A DNA stretch of 64,000 nt from a virus (Duplodnaviria; Caudoviricetes). Both the position numbers and the translations under genes were made by a program. The stretch is from the IMG/VR virus record IMGVR_UViG_3300025601_000007; one strand, 5' to 3'. How positions within the stretch are numbered: position 1 is the stretch's first letter; each line of letters starts with the position of its first letter. Shown here one piece after another: positions 7,895-16,808 of this stretch. Under the pieces are notes generated by a model, which was not told the DNA's origin, did not search any database, and saw only the letters and a list, made by a program, of their open reading frames with translations.

Positions 7895-8089
7895 ATGGAT
7901 TTTTCAGGTTTCTATGACGCACTAACAAAAGCAGTATACCGCTCTACAACAGTACCATTCTCAGCTTTCAATAAAACAGATGCAAAGCAAATTTTGCAAA
8001 AGAATTTTGAAAGCATCCTTGATATGCACGAACAAAAAGTAACCATCTTAAAAGCTTTGAAAAGACTGGAGGATTTGCCTACCCATTAA
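7895..8089 (+). CDS. hypothetical early protein
   Basis: Follows motif 7841-7867. Confidence 0.75.
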   Translation: MDFSGFYDALTKAVYRSTTVPFSAFNKTDAKQILQKNFESILDMHEQKVTILKALKRLEDLPTH

Positions 8090-8099
8090 TTCGCTCAAA

Positions 8100-8520
8100 T
8101 CATAAAGCGGGAGAGCCACAATCGAAGTTAGCCACAATAGACTAATCAAGCCCCTATTTAGACCTTTAGAGAGACTATCTCCTAAATAAGACCCTAGGAG
8201 TCTATATAGGGGTTAAGGGCTTAAATAGGGGCTTAAATAGGCGTATCATTAATAAGGGGCTAAACAAGGGGTTGCCCAAAAACCCGCCCCGACCACTCTA
8301 AAATTTTTTACTATAATTTTTCAAAGTAAATCACACCCCCTAAAACAAATCATTCCCAGTAAGTGAGCCCTCAAAAACCTTTTAAATGTTTTTAAAACCT
8401 TTTAGATGTTTTTAGATGTTTTTAGATGTACATAAATTATATGCATTCGCGTATCGTTGGCATCAAAAATTTTTTTTAAGAATTTTTCAAAAATCAAATC
8501 AGCTACTTTAGAGTTATATT
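8100..8520. repeat. non-coding repeat-rich region (possible origin, att region or genome junction)
   Basis: 13-bp inverted repeat aagcccctattta 8148-8160 / taaataggggctt 8222-8234; gggcttaaatagg x2; agccacaat x2; TTTAGATGTT x3 at 8401-8430. Confidence 0.6.
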
Positions 8521-8550
8521 GTATCTTTGAGTTATAAATTTAAAAACACT

Positions 8551-9822
8551 ATGGCTTCTTTAAACCCATTAACCCAGATAAACTTAAAAAACCTTCCAGG
8601 GAATCCTAAAAAAGCGATTCAAATCTCTTTGAATGCAGGATTTAAAGAGGTCGATGTGGACACAGACGAGGTCAAACACAGGAGTATCAGGCTGTTAACG
8701 GGGAAGCAGATTCTCCCTCAGCACTGGGACAAGAAGGGCAAGTGTCCATCCTTAGAGTATTGTAAAGAGTTTGGGAACGAATTAAGTGATTTCATAAAGG
8801 AGTTAGAAACACAAATGGTTAATGCTTATTGGCAAGTTAAGTCTGAGCACTACAAAACCACACCTGAACTAGTCGTGAGTAGATACAGGAGGCTTATAGG
8901 GGATGACAAAAGCGGAAAACCATTAAATGGGATGGTGTTGTTCATTCAAAAGCACATTGAGACGTCAGATTTGGCCGATACGACGAAAGCGGGTTATGTA
9001 GTAGTTTTTAATAGATTAAAAGAGTTTGAAAAAACCAGAGAGAAGAAATTATACTGGGAAAAATACACATATGATGTATTTTGCGATTTTTTTGACTGGC
9101 TCGCGAATAATTTCAATTTATCCAACAACACCTTATGGAGTCATGAAAAAGCGATGATTCGTTTTAGGAACGTAGCAGACTCTAAGGGGTTATTGGTTGA
9201 TAAATCAAAGTGGAGTCGTTTAATTCGTTATCAGCAGGAGAAGAAGGAGTATTTGAGTTGGAAACAGCTAAAAGTGTTAATTGATTACCAGCCTAAGACG
9301 AAGAGATTAAAGAACGCGAAGAGCGCATTATTGATTATGGCTTTCACAGGTATTAGAATTGGCGACCTTGACAATTTTTTCAACAACATCAAGAAAGGCG
9401 ATAATTATCGATACGCCAATTTCAAGACAAACAAATTACCGCACAACGAAGTTTACATTCCGATACTGGCTCCTATTGTGGAAATTATAGATTCACCAAT
9501 AAGAGTAACAAGGAATGCTGCTTTGACTGGCAGTATAAAAGATTTAGGAAAAGAGTTGGGGTATGATAATATATCAGCTCACACTGGAAGGAGGAGTTTT
9601 ATAACAAACTTAGTTCCTCTGGTACAGGAAAACATATTGAGAAAAATATGTGGTTTTTCGTGTTCTTCTTCTATTCACATTTATGACCAGCTACCTCTGG
9701 ATAGAGTCGCAGATATGTTCCATAAACATATTCAAGCAGCGCCTTTAACAAAAACTGAAGGTATTAAATTAATTGAAAAAGAAAAATGGTACAAAAGGAT
9801 TTTAAAAAAATTCATTCCTTGA
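8551..9822 (+). CDS. tyrosine recombinase / integrase (Bacteroidetes arm-binding + SAM-like + catalytic type)
   Basis: FTGIRIGDL (R), SAHTGRRSF (HxxR), HIYDQ (Y); N-terminal TG..I....WD arm-domain pattern; TATCTTTG host -7 box at 8522. Confidence 0.88.
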   Translation: MASLNPLTQINLKNLPGNPKKAIQISLNAGFKEVDVDTDEVKHRSIRLLTGKQILPQHWDKKGKCPSLEYCKEFGNELSDFIKELETQMVNAYWQVKSEHYKTTPELVVSRYRRLIGDDKSGKPLNGMVLFIQKHIETSDLADTTKAGYVVVFNRLKEFEKTREKKLYWEKYTYDVFCDFFDWLANNFNLSNNTLWSHEKAMIRFRNVADSKGLLVDKSKWSRLIRYQQEKKEYLSWKQLKVLIDYQPKTKRLKNAKSALLIMAFTGIRIGDLDNFFNNIKKGDNYRYANFKTNKLPHNEVYIPILAPIVEIIDSPIRVTRNAALTGSIKDLGKELGYDNISAHTGRRSFITNLVPLVQENILRKICGFSCSSSIHIYDQLPLDRVADMFHKHIQAAPLTKTEGIKLIEKEKWYKRILKKFIP

Positions 9823-9866
9823 TTTAGAGGTAAATATAATTCTTTTCCAATATTTATGATAGCAAC

Positions 9867-10181
9867 ATGTTGTTGCACAGAAAAAACAAACACATGCTAT
9901 CTTTCACACCTTCACAATTGGCTTTATTAGGATTTTATTTTTTAGATGAAACAGAGGACAATCTAGCTACTTACACCAAAATATCGAACGCTGTTTCGGA
10001 TATTATTGCCATCGGCGACCCTTATGATGCCGAGTTGATTAATTCTTTTGTACAGTCAATCCTTAATAAGGACGACATTCTGGGTAAATTAGAGTCTGAA
10101 AAAGATTTAAGTTACTTTGTAGCAAAAGCAATATTTTGGGCTGAAAAGGCTGTTGCGCCAGTTCCGACCCCGACCCGATAA
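9867..10181 (+). CDS. hypothetical protein
   Basis: ORF preceded by ATATTTAT at 9850. Confidence 0.7.
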   Translation: MLLHRKNKHMLSFTPSQLALLGFYFLDETEDNLATYTKISNAVSDIIAIGDPYDAELINSFVQSILNKDDILGKLESEKDLSYFVAKAIFWAEKAVAPVPTPTR

Positions 10182-10200
10182 TCAGTTTCATATTTTTAAA

Positions 10201-10234
10201 AAAAAGGAATCAGGATATCTTGGTTCCTTTTTTT
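10201..10234. terminator. bidirectional rho-independent terminator
   Basis: aaaaaggaatcagg-atat-cttggttccttttttt between convergent genes. Confidence 0.8.
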
Positions 10235-10305
10235 GTTAGATTACCTGTGCCGCAGATGTTTTTCTCCTCCTGCATCAGCTTTAGTGTTTCATTCTCATAT
10301 CGATA

Positions 10306-10875
10306 TCATGTGAATATTATTCTGGCCTTCAAACCGTTTTGTCTGGTTTCTTGAATAGCTCGACACATTGAAGGTGATTTTTCAGCGTTTTTTACGAGTT
10401 TAAATTTCTCTTCATCTTTGGGATTATAGGGATTGTAAAGAGGGTTTATGCGTCCATGAAACTCGTTTTCTCCTATAGAGCAGGTGTGCCAGAAAGGAGA
10501 CCAGCCTGTATCCGAAGACCATATTCCCGCTTCCAATCTAAATGACGACAAAATAGCACCAGCGTACCCCGCCGCAATGAATTTTAGTCCTTCTTTCATT
10601 TTAAAGGCACGTCTATAAGACCAGTTGGCACCGCTTGAGTTGTACTCTTGGTCCCAGTGCAGCTTGTATTCCACAATGATGAACTCCCACAGCTCTCCTT
10701 TTGGTTTCCTATATACCTCAGCTGGGTTTGTCAGATTCCAGAACCAAGGGCGGTTGCTGCGGCCTTCGCTTCCCCATTTCTTTTTTTCGATTCCTCTTCT
10801 TTTAAACAAAGAGAATCCTTGGGCCTCTAAATACTCTCTTACCTCAATAGGGTCTTGTGATATTTTAAATTTCAT
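10306..10875 (-). CDS. hypothetical protein (MKFK start)
   Basis: Long ORF in co-directional run. Confidence 0.75.
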   Translation of the reverse strand: MKFKISQDPIEVREYLEAQGFSLFKRRGIEKKKWGSEGRSNRPWFWNLTNPAEVYRKPKGELWEFIIVEYKLHWDQEYNSSGANWSYRRAFKMKEGLKFIAAGYAGAILSSFRLEAGIWSSDTGWSPFWHTCSIGENEFHGRINPLYNPYNPKDEEKFKLVKNAEKSPSMCRAIQETRQNGLKARIIFT

Positions 10876-11026
10876 AATGGTCGAAAAAATCTTTTATCTG
10901 TTGGTATTAGCAGCCGATACGGCCCGAATCCGCCAGTCCATAACTCCCACCCTTCTCCTTGGGCATCTGGTCGCACCTGGCCAAACTCCACTCGGAGAAC
11001 GCTTGGACCCACTGCGAATGTCGCTG

Positions 11027-11341
11027 TCAGCACCAAAAAAAACTATCGTTCAGCAAGCAAGGTAAATTGTATCCTGCTTTGCCCCATTCTAATTTACCGT
11101 AAGCAATATCACCGTCTCTATTGAGCACAAACTCTTTAATTGGCTTCGCATATATGACAATCTCTATTGGCACTTCTCCATTTTGGAGCCTTGTGAAGCA
11201 ATCGTAACAAACAAACTCGCCTTTGTACCCATTGATGTCCAAAAAACAATTATCTGTGGATTCCCACTCATCCGTCTTGGGGTTGAACACAGAAAAATCG
11301 TTGACTACTTGAACTGGGTCTCGGTTGGTTTTTAGTCGCAT
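11027..11341 (-). CDS. hypothetical protein (start MRLKTNRDP)
   Basis: Internal ATG fits the M[RK][LF]K pattern of its neighbours. Confidence 0.7.
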   Translation of the reverse strand: MRLKTNRDPVQVVNDFSVFNPKTDEWESTDNCFLDINGYKGEFVCYDCFTRLQNGEVPIEIVIYAKPIKEFVLNRDGDIAYGKLEWGKAGYNLPCLLNDSFFWC

Positions 11342-11526
11342 TTTTTGATATTTAAGCGGCTGAACAAAAACAAACAATTAAAGGACTTTTTGTCTGGATA
11401 GAATTTTACATCAAACACATTTTTGTCGTGACTTCCTGGCTGAGTTATAGGCAGCAAAAACATCGTATCTCTGACTTCCCCAGATAGGCTTTGAAATGCT
11501 TTCATGAATGGTTCCTTTAGTCTCAC
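11332..11526 (-). CDS. hypothetical protein (MRLKEP)
   Basis: GTG start overlapping the upstream stop. Confidence 0.6.
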   Translation of the reverse strand: MRLKEPFMKAFQSLSGEVRDTMFLLPITQPGSHDKNVFDVKFYPDKKSFNCLFLFSRLNIKKCD

Positions 11527-11801
11527 ACCAAAATCAATTTGAAAGCGTGGTCAGCTTTATTTTGGTTGAGTTTTTCTATACTAGCCACTCCTATCCATCG
11601 TTGATGCTCAGCTCTGCTCCCAGAACTGCTCTGGGTTCTAAAAAACCTTTTTTTTCCTTCTTCGAGAAGAGATATATCAAACAGGCTGACTCTTCCTGGG
11701 ACCAAGTCGAACAAAGATTTGTAATCAATCTCCTGTATACACTTGAATCCACACGCAAGCATGTGCCCAGGCAGGTCTTTATGGGTTGTTTTTAATTGCA
11801 T
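11523..11801 (-). CDS. hypothetical protein (start corrected to MQLKTTH)
   Basis: ECF-type promoter at 11808-11835 directly upstream. Confidence 0.7.
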   Translation of the reverse strand: MQLKTTHKDLPGHMLACGFKCIQEIDYKSLFDLVPGRVSLFDISLLEEGKKRFFRTQSSSGSRAEHQRWIGVASIEKLNQNKADHAFKLILV

Positions 11802-11832
11802 AACCAATATACGTGGGGAATCTAAATTGGTT

Positions 11833-12105
11833 TCATTTTCTTCTCTTGGGTATTTTTCCACTTGCAAACCATTGCAAAGAAAACACGTGGTTAAGATTCA
11901 GTCTTGGTCTTCCGCGCCAGTCTTTACCGACCACATTCCTATGCACTCGGTATCTGTGTTGTTTGTCATCCAATTTCAGTTGCTCAGGTGTTCCTTTTTT
12001 GTGGAAAACTGCCATACTTGAGCCACCTACCACCATCACTTCCAAACCGTTTCTAACCAGCGCCGTATACACGGTATTCTTATTGATTCCTTTCTTTGCT
12101 TTCAT
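11833..12105 (-). CDS. basic hypothetical protein
   Basis: ORF in co-directional run. Confidence 0.65.
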   Translation of the reverse strand: MKAKKGINKNTVYTALVRNGLEVMVVGGSSMAVFHKKGTPEQLKLDDKQHRYRVHRNVVGKDWRGRPRLNLNHVFSLQWFASGKIPKRRK

Positions 12106-12412
12106 TGCCTATGATAGCAAGAAAGTTTCTAAAAATCAAGCTCTTGGTGTGAGTTTAAAACGATAATCCATACGGTCAATATGGTATCGGCCAAATAGGT
12201 TTTGAATCTCATAACTGGACCCACTCAGGCTCCAGGTTGGCGCGAAGAGCCAAGAGGGGATTGGTTTTATAACGCATTCCTCAAATATAATGAAAAACGG
12301 AGGTTTGGGAACCACAACTATAGAAAAGATTCAAAAAAAATTTGCGTGAACCGACTTTTTTTTGAATGTTAATATTGTTTTTAATTCTTCTGGGTTTTTT
12401 TTAACAGCATGC

Positions 12413-13084
12413 CTAGTGGGCGTAGTGGGCGGAGTGCACATCTTTGGTGAGACCGTAATCCACCATAACAATCTCTGTGTCTCCATCTCTTTGCACGATT
12501 CCCCAGCTAGATAACCTCTGCAAGTCTCTTGTGGGTACTGCAAAGTTTCCGATGTAATCGAATACTCCGTAGGTGAATTCGTTCTCCCACATATCTTCAT
12601 AAATCGAGGGGTCCAAATCAGACTCGTTGTGGTATTCTCCTTTTCTACCATTTACTTTGAATCCATAATCATGCAAGGCTTTCTGGAAATCTGTCCAAAG
12701 GTAGCCTGTGATTGCTTTGAATTTTTTCTCGGTGAGTCTGGAAGCTAATTCCATTTCCACCCAAGTAAATTCACGACTGTGTTCTTTGATGTTCGCAGTG
12801 AGACCATATGTCTGTAAGGAGGAGTCTTCTGCCGCTGTGACTTCTGCTTCGTTTTGCGCCAGACCCTTTACGTTTCTAGCGAGTTTCAAAACCAGCTCGT
12901 CATCTATTTGATACACAATCCTTGAGGAACCGCTTGATATTCTCTTCAATCTGGCTTGGGAATAGTTTATCCTTGCGTTAAACGAACGCAGCATTTTGAA
13001 CTCGTCCATATTGAACGATGCTGGGTAGTCTTCCTCGATGAATTGCTCCCAGAGGATATTGCGGATGTATTTACGAATGTGCAC
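12413..13084 (-). CDS. protein-kinase-like fold protein
   Basis: SGSSRIVY Gly-loop, VLK, NEAE alphaC, DLQRLSSWG, VDYG; N-terminal IRKYIRNILWE; CTATTTAG upstream. Confidence 0.7.
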   Translation of the reverse strand: MHIRKYIRNILWEQFIEEDYPASFNMDEFKMLRSFNARINYSQARLKRISSGSSRIVYQIDDELVLKLARNVKGLAQNEAEVTAAEDSSLQTYGLTANIKEHSREFTWVEMELASRLTEKKFKAITGYLWTDFQKALHDYGFKVNGRKGEYHNESDLDPSIYEDMWENEFTYGVFDYIGNFAVPTRDLQRLSSWGIVQRDGDTEIVMVDYGLTKDVHSAHYAH

Positions 13085-13220
13085 ATATCTAAATAGGGTG
13101 GATTGTTTTAAATCACAGAATGATAAAAGGGGGCGTCCCAGGAGCGAACATTGCCCTAAGGGGCTGTGACAGGTGTTTCCGTGCCCAACATTAGCCAGAA
13201 TGGGGTCAGTCTTTAGTCGC

Positions 13221-13487
13221 CTATTTTAGTTCTAAACTAAACAGCAGGGCCTCGCCTGCTAAATTTCCCTCACGGCCCATTTGTCGGGCTATAAACTCAA
13301 TAGAGTCACTAATCGTGTGATAGGTTATGTCTAAGGTTTTTGATTCTAAAAACAAGTTTCCTGCGGAGTCCTCGAATGAGTCTATTTTATGTTCGAACTT
13401 GTCTTTCAGCGCCAAATGCACTTCGAACATTAACTTTTGCCTGAAAAAATCTTTTGGGTCGGGTGGGTTTGGGAGTTTCAAACGCAT
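13221..13487 (-). CDS. hypothetical protein (MRLKLP)
   Basis: ORF in run. Confidence 0.7.
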   Translation of the reverse strand: MRLKLPNPPDPKDFFRQKLMFEVHLALKDKFEHKIDSFEDSAGNLFLESKTLDITYHTISDSIEFIARQMGREGNLAGEALLFSLELK

Positions 13488-13798
13488 GGGCGCAGAGTTA
13501 TTTTGCCATCACTAAATGGCCCCACAGTAAAGCCTTTCGGGTCCCAAGCAATGATTAAATCGCCGTTGTGTATGCTTAAAAAAAGCTTATCTAGCTGTAC
13601 CCAGGAAAGCATAAAATTGGAATCGGTCACACCAGGAAGGTTGGCTAGGTCGACAAGGCGCATAGGTTTCTTTAGCTTCATTTGAATACGAGTTTCATGT
13701 GCTCCGAAGGCATTATTCCTGTGATGTACGATTGTATGATTTGTGTTTATTAGATTCATTGTAAAACATGGGTAGAGTTTCTGAAAAGGTTTCAGCAT
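13478..13798 (-). CDS. hypothetical protein (start uncertain; internal MKLKKP possible)
   Basis: ORF in run. Confidence 0.55.
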   Translation of the reverse strand: MLKPFQKLYPCFTMNLINTNHTIVHHRNNAFGAHETRIQMKLKKPMRLVDLANLPGVTDSNFMLSWVQLDKLFLSIHNGDLIIAWDPKGFTVGPFSDGKITLRPCV

Positions 13799-14065
13799 TT
13801 ATTTAAAGCCCTTCCACACTAGAGTGATTAATGTGTTTTGCGCGGTACGTCTTTGCCGCGCATTCTTATTATTTTTGAGTATAAAATTTTGATTTGTAAT
13901 ATGGATAAAAAGTTTATCATTCTTTGCTTGAGAAATTATTTCATATCCCCACAACATTAGAGATGTGAAACCACTCCCCCAACGAGGTGTGCTTCTCAGA
14001 CTGCAGAGACGCAAACGTTTTTGTATCCCCAGCGGGGTTATATCGACATTGGCTTTGAACCGCAT
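13799..14065 (-). CDS. hypothetical protein (MRFKAN)
   Basis: ORF in run. Confidence 0.6.
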   Translation of the reverse strand: MRFKANVDITPLGIQKRLRLCSLRSTPRWGSGFTSLMLWGYEIISQAKNDKLFIHITNQNFILKNNKNARQRRTAQNTLITLVWKGFK

Positions 14066-14268
14066 AGTTTTATTAGAAAAATTGGGTCTTCATTTGGAAA
14101 TTCTTTTGTATGTGGAACTGCTTTTGCGATATACCAAAGAGGAGCTCTAACGCTTTCTACACACATCACCCATCCAGAATCCGTCCCATTCCAACGAGAA
14201 GCATATTTGGACATTTCAGAATATCTATTGCTTTCTGCATAAATCCGAACAGGAACTTTTAGTCTCAT
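14038..14268 (-). CDS. hypothetical protein (MRLKVP)
   Basis: ATGA overlap with upstream gene. Confidence 0.65.
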   Translation of the reverse strand: MRLKVPVRIYAESNRYSEMSKYASRWNGTDSGWVMCVESVRAPLWYIAKAVPHTKEFPNEDPIFLIKLCGSKPMSI

Positions 14269-14486
14269 TTACACGTTAATTGAACGAGAAAACTAGACTT
14301 ACTTCTGGTTTCTCTGTTTTTTAAATGCACCACTTTCTTTTCACTTCTTGCATTTAACAATGAGACAGACGCGGATATCTTGTTTATGGTTAGAGGAAAT
14401 TTCCAATACTCACTAACTCCATAACGGTCGTCTTTTTTTCCCAAAATTTCTTCCAAACTTTTCTCTACGTCAATAAACCCTTTCAT
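14265..14486 (-). CDS. hypothetical protein
   Basis: Downstream of ECF promoter 14522. Confidence 0.65.
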   Translation of the reverse strand: MKGFIDVEKSLEEILGKKDDRYGVSEYWKFPLTINKISASVSLLNARSEKKVVHLKNRETRSKSSFLVQLTCK

Positions 14487-14617
14487 TATATTTGCTATTA
14501 AACTTTTTATATCCTGGGTATTATACGTAGAGTAAGTAAAAAAGTTTCATCGTCTAATAAAATCTGGACATTCAATCCCTTTCGGGGGTTCTGTTTGTAT
14601 TTATCCCAATGCTAGCT

Positions 14618-14851
14618 TCACTGTTTTAGCTTTAGTTGAATATGGTATTGGCTCTGGTCCATAAGCGCTAAGAAAATCCAGTTATTATCAGCTCTTATAT
14701 CTAATCTAGCACCATCGTTGCTCAACAGCACCCCTGTTGTCTCGCAACTGCTCACTAAAAACATATAATCCCTTAGTTTATACGTCTCATGCCTGAAGTG
14801 ATTAGCTTGTTTAGCTAGCTCCTCAAATGTATTTTCTGACTTCAGATTCAT
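14618..14851 (-). CDS. hypothetical protein (MNLKSE)
   Basis: ATGA overlap. Confidence 0.65.
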   Translation of the reverse strand: MNLKSENTFEELAKQANHFRHETYKLRDYMFLVSSCETTGVLLSNDGARLDIRADNNWIFLALMDQSQYHIQLKLKQ

Positions 14852-15240
14852 CTTAAAAAACTTAAAATATCTTTGATTTTACTAGGAGCTGATTCAGGAG
14901 CTTGTGCAGAAATTTGAAGTGGCATGATATCTATAGAGTTGTTTAACTTAGGCTCTGGGCCTCTAGGCGATAATAAGAAAGTTACAACATTATTGTGTTG
15001 ATTTACGTGTCCCCATGTTGAGCTGAAGAAGTGGAATTGGTTGCATGCAACCAATTCCACTTCTGCATGTTTAGGGCCTTCTAAGGGTTTAACTAAAAAG
15101 AAGTGCGTTCCTGATTTGTGCCAAAAATACCTACTTCTTTCATCAAAAACCCGATACTCTTTTAGGGTTTCAAAATGCTCTATAATATCATCATAAAAGA
15201 CTAGTTTGGATAGAGCTGAATGTTGTTTTGTAAAATTCAT
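14848..15240 (-). CDS. hypothetical protein
   Basis: ORF in run. Confidence 0.65.
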   Translation of the reverse strand: MNFTKQHSALSKLVFYDDIIEHFETLKEYRVFDERSRYFWHKSGTHFFLVKPLEGPKHAEVELVACNQFHFFSSTWGHVNQHNNVVTFLLSPRGPEPKLNNSIDIMPLQISAQAPESAPSKIKDILSFLR

Positions 15241-15246
15241 GTAAAA

Positions 15247-15549
15247 TTATTTATGCCTCAAGATAGGCGTATTAGGAACGTTTAATAGATAGCCAACTAA
15301 AAAGAGGGATTGTTTCACGTTGAAGTCTGAATCCAGAATAACAGGGCAATACACAATTTTCATCTTCATGTACCTAGTATCTCTAGTTGCTTTTTTAAGT
15401 TCAATTCTAAAATTGCCAGAGTAATGATAGAAGATTGATACGGGGGCTTTTCTTTCAAGTTGAAAACTAGAGTGATGGCGCAGGTTTTTAATATAGTCTT
15501 CATAGAAAACTGATATGAAACATTTGCTAATGCTTTTGTTAAGTTTCAC
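15247..15549 (-). CDS. hypothetical protein
   Basis: ORF in run. Confidence 0.6.
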   Translation of the reverse strand: MKLNKSISKCFISVFYEDYIKNLRHHSSFQLERKAPVSIFYHYSGNFRIELKKATRDTRYMKMKIVYCPVILDSDFNVKQSLFLVGYLLNVPNTPILRHK

Positions 15550-16001
15550 TATTTAGATGCTGAGGGGTTTTCAACTTCAGAGCGAAGGGCCATGTCTTTA
15601 ATGTACGCGTCAAACTTCATTGCCCACCCAGATACTTCTTCCATGTCGACTTTTGCCGAAGCTAGGGTTTCTTTTTTATCTGAACTATAAAAACCTCCAT
15701 CGATGGAATAATGATAAATCAAACTAGAGGGGGAACACGAGCTATCTGCAACTAGACATTTCTGGTATGAATTTGGCTCGAAGTTTTTATAATAAATGCA
15801 GTAGCAGAATATCTCTTCTTCTGCCTTTACAATTATTCGCTCAACTTTATTATGTTGATAAATATTATTGGTAGAGACCGAGTAAAAAATGTCTCCTGTT
15901 GGCATGTTTGTAAAACACGGCATAGGATACTCTAGGCTTGTTTGTGCTTGTAGTCCAATTGCAAAAAAACCTAGCAATAGCGTAGTAATAATATTTTTCA
16001 T
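15549..16001 (-). CDS. secreted hypothetical protein
   Basis: Signal peptide MKNIITTLLLGFFAIGLQA; TATCTTTG upstream. Confidence 0.75.
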   Translation of the reverse strand: MKNIITTLLLGFFAIGLQAQTSLEYPMPCFTNMPTGDIFYSVSTNNIYQHNKVERIIVKAEEEIFCYCIYYKNFEPNSYQKCLVADSSCSPSSLIYHYSIDGGFYSSDKKETLASAKVDMEEVSGWAMKFDAYIKDMALRSEVENPSASK

Positions 16002-16043
16002 GTTTTATCGATTATATTCGTAAACAAAGATATGCTTTTTCTC

Positions 16044-16373
16044 TCATGCTAACATGGATGCTGGAAACACTGGGCTCGTGTTATACTTAATTTTTTTACC
16101 AAACTCCTCGACTTTTACGGAAAACCACACGTAGTGAATATCGCCTTTTAACACATTAGAGCCAACAATTGATTTTTTGTTTTCGTCTCCAGGAACGGCT
16201 AGCATAAAGACACCGTCATGAGTTTTAGTGCACATCCATTCGGGGCGATAAAGCTGATTAGATTCATTATTAAACCCAGCTCTAGACAGTCCATTTTTAA
16301 AGTCTTCCCACGTTAAAACTTTCTTTATTTTTTTTGTTAAAATTTTCATTTTGTCTCTACATGTGTTATACAA
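16044..16373 (-). CDS. hypothetical protein
   Basis: ORF in run; start may be MKILTKK. Confidence 0.65.
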   Translation of the reverse strand: MYNTCRDKMKILTKKIKKVLTWEDFKNGLSRAGFNNESNQLYRPEWMCTKTHDGVFMLAVPGDENKKSIVGSNVLKGDIHYVWFSVKVEEFGKKIKYNTSPVFPASMLA

Positions 16374-16804
16374 GCTCCTTCTGTTGTGTATTTTGTTGGA
16401 AACGCCGAATATACAAAAAAACTCTGTGATGGTTCAATAATCCAGATATTTTCATAAACATATTCGAAAGCAATAACACTATCGGGGGGGTTGTTTATGT
16501 CGATTCTTCTGTAGTCAATAATGGTTTTTATGCTGTGAGTTTTTTTGTTATGAAAGAATGTATTCCCTTGTTGTTTCCAAGAATAATCTATCTTAACTTT
16601 TTCTATTTGTTTAATGCAAATAGGCTCGCTAAAGTTAAAAATAGTCTCTTGAAGAAAGAAGGGCGCAATCCCAACAAAAGCCGTTATAAAAAACGTTGTA
16701 ACACTTAACGGGTGGTCAGTTCCTGATTTTGCTACTTTAGCAGTAAAAATAAAAATAGAAACTGAAAAAATAAATAAAATTAGATGAAAGAGATAGTAAT
16801 TCAT
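16346..16804 (-). CDS. 2-TM membrane protein, paralogue family
   Basis: Two N-terminal hydrophobic helices plus ~100-aa soluble domain. Confidence 0.75.
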   Translation of the reverse strand: MNYYLFHLILFIFSVSIFIFTAKVAKSGTDHPLSVTTFFITAFVGIAPFFLQETIFNFSEPICIKQIEKVKIDYSWKQQGNTFFHNKKTHSIKTIIDYRRIDINNPPDSVIAFEYVYENIWIIEPSQSFFVYSAFPTKYTTEGACITHVETK

Positions 16805-16808
16805 TTTT

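Noticed and set aside
8551-9822. Integron integrase serving the attC-like array, or a protelomerase
   Set aside because: It has an arm-binding-type N-terminus, no recognisable IntI-specific insertion, and lies 38 kb from the array. The nearby inverted repeat has a 61-bp asymmetric centre, unlike a protelomerase palindrome.
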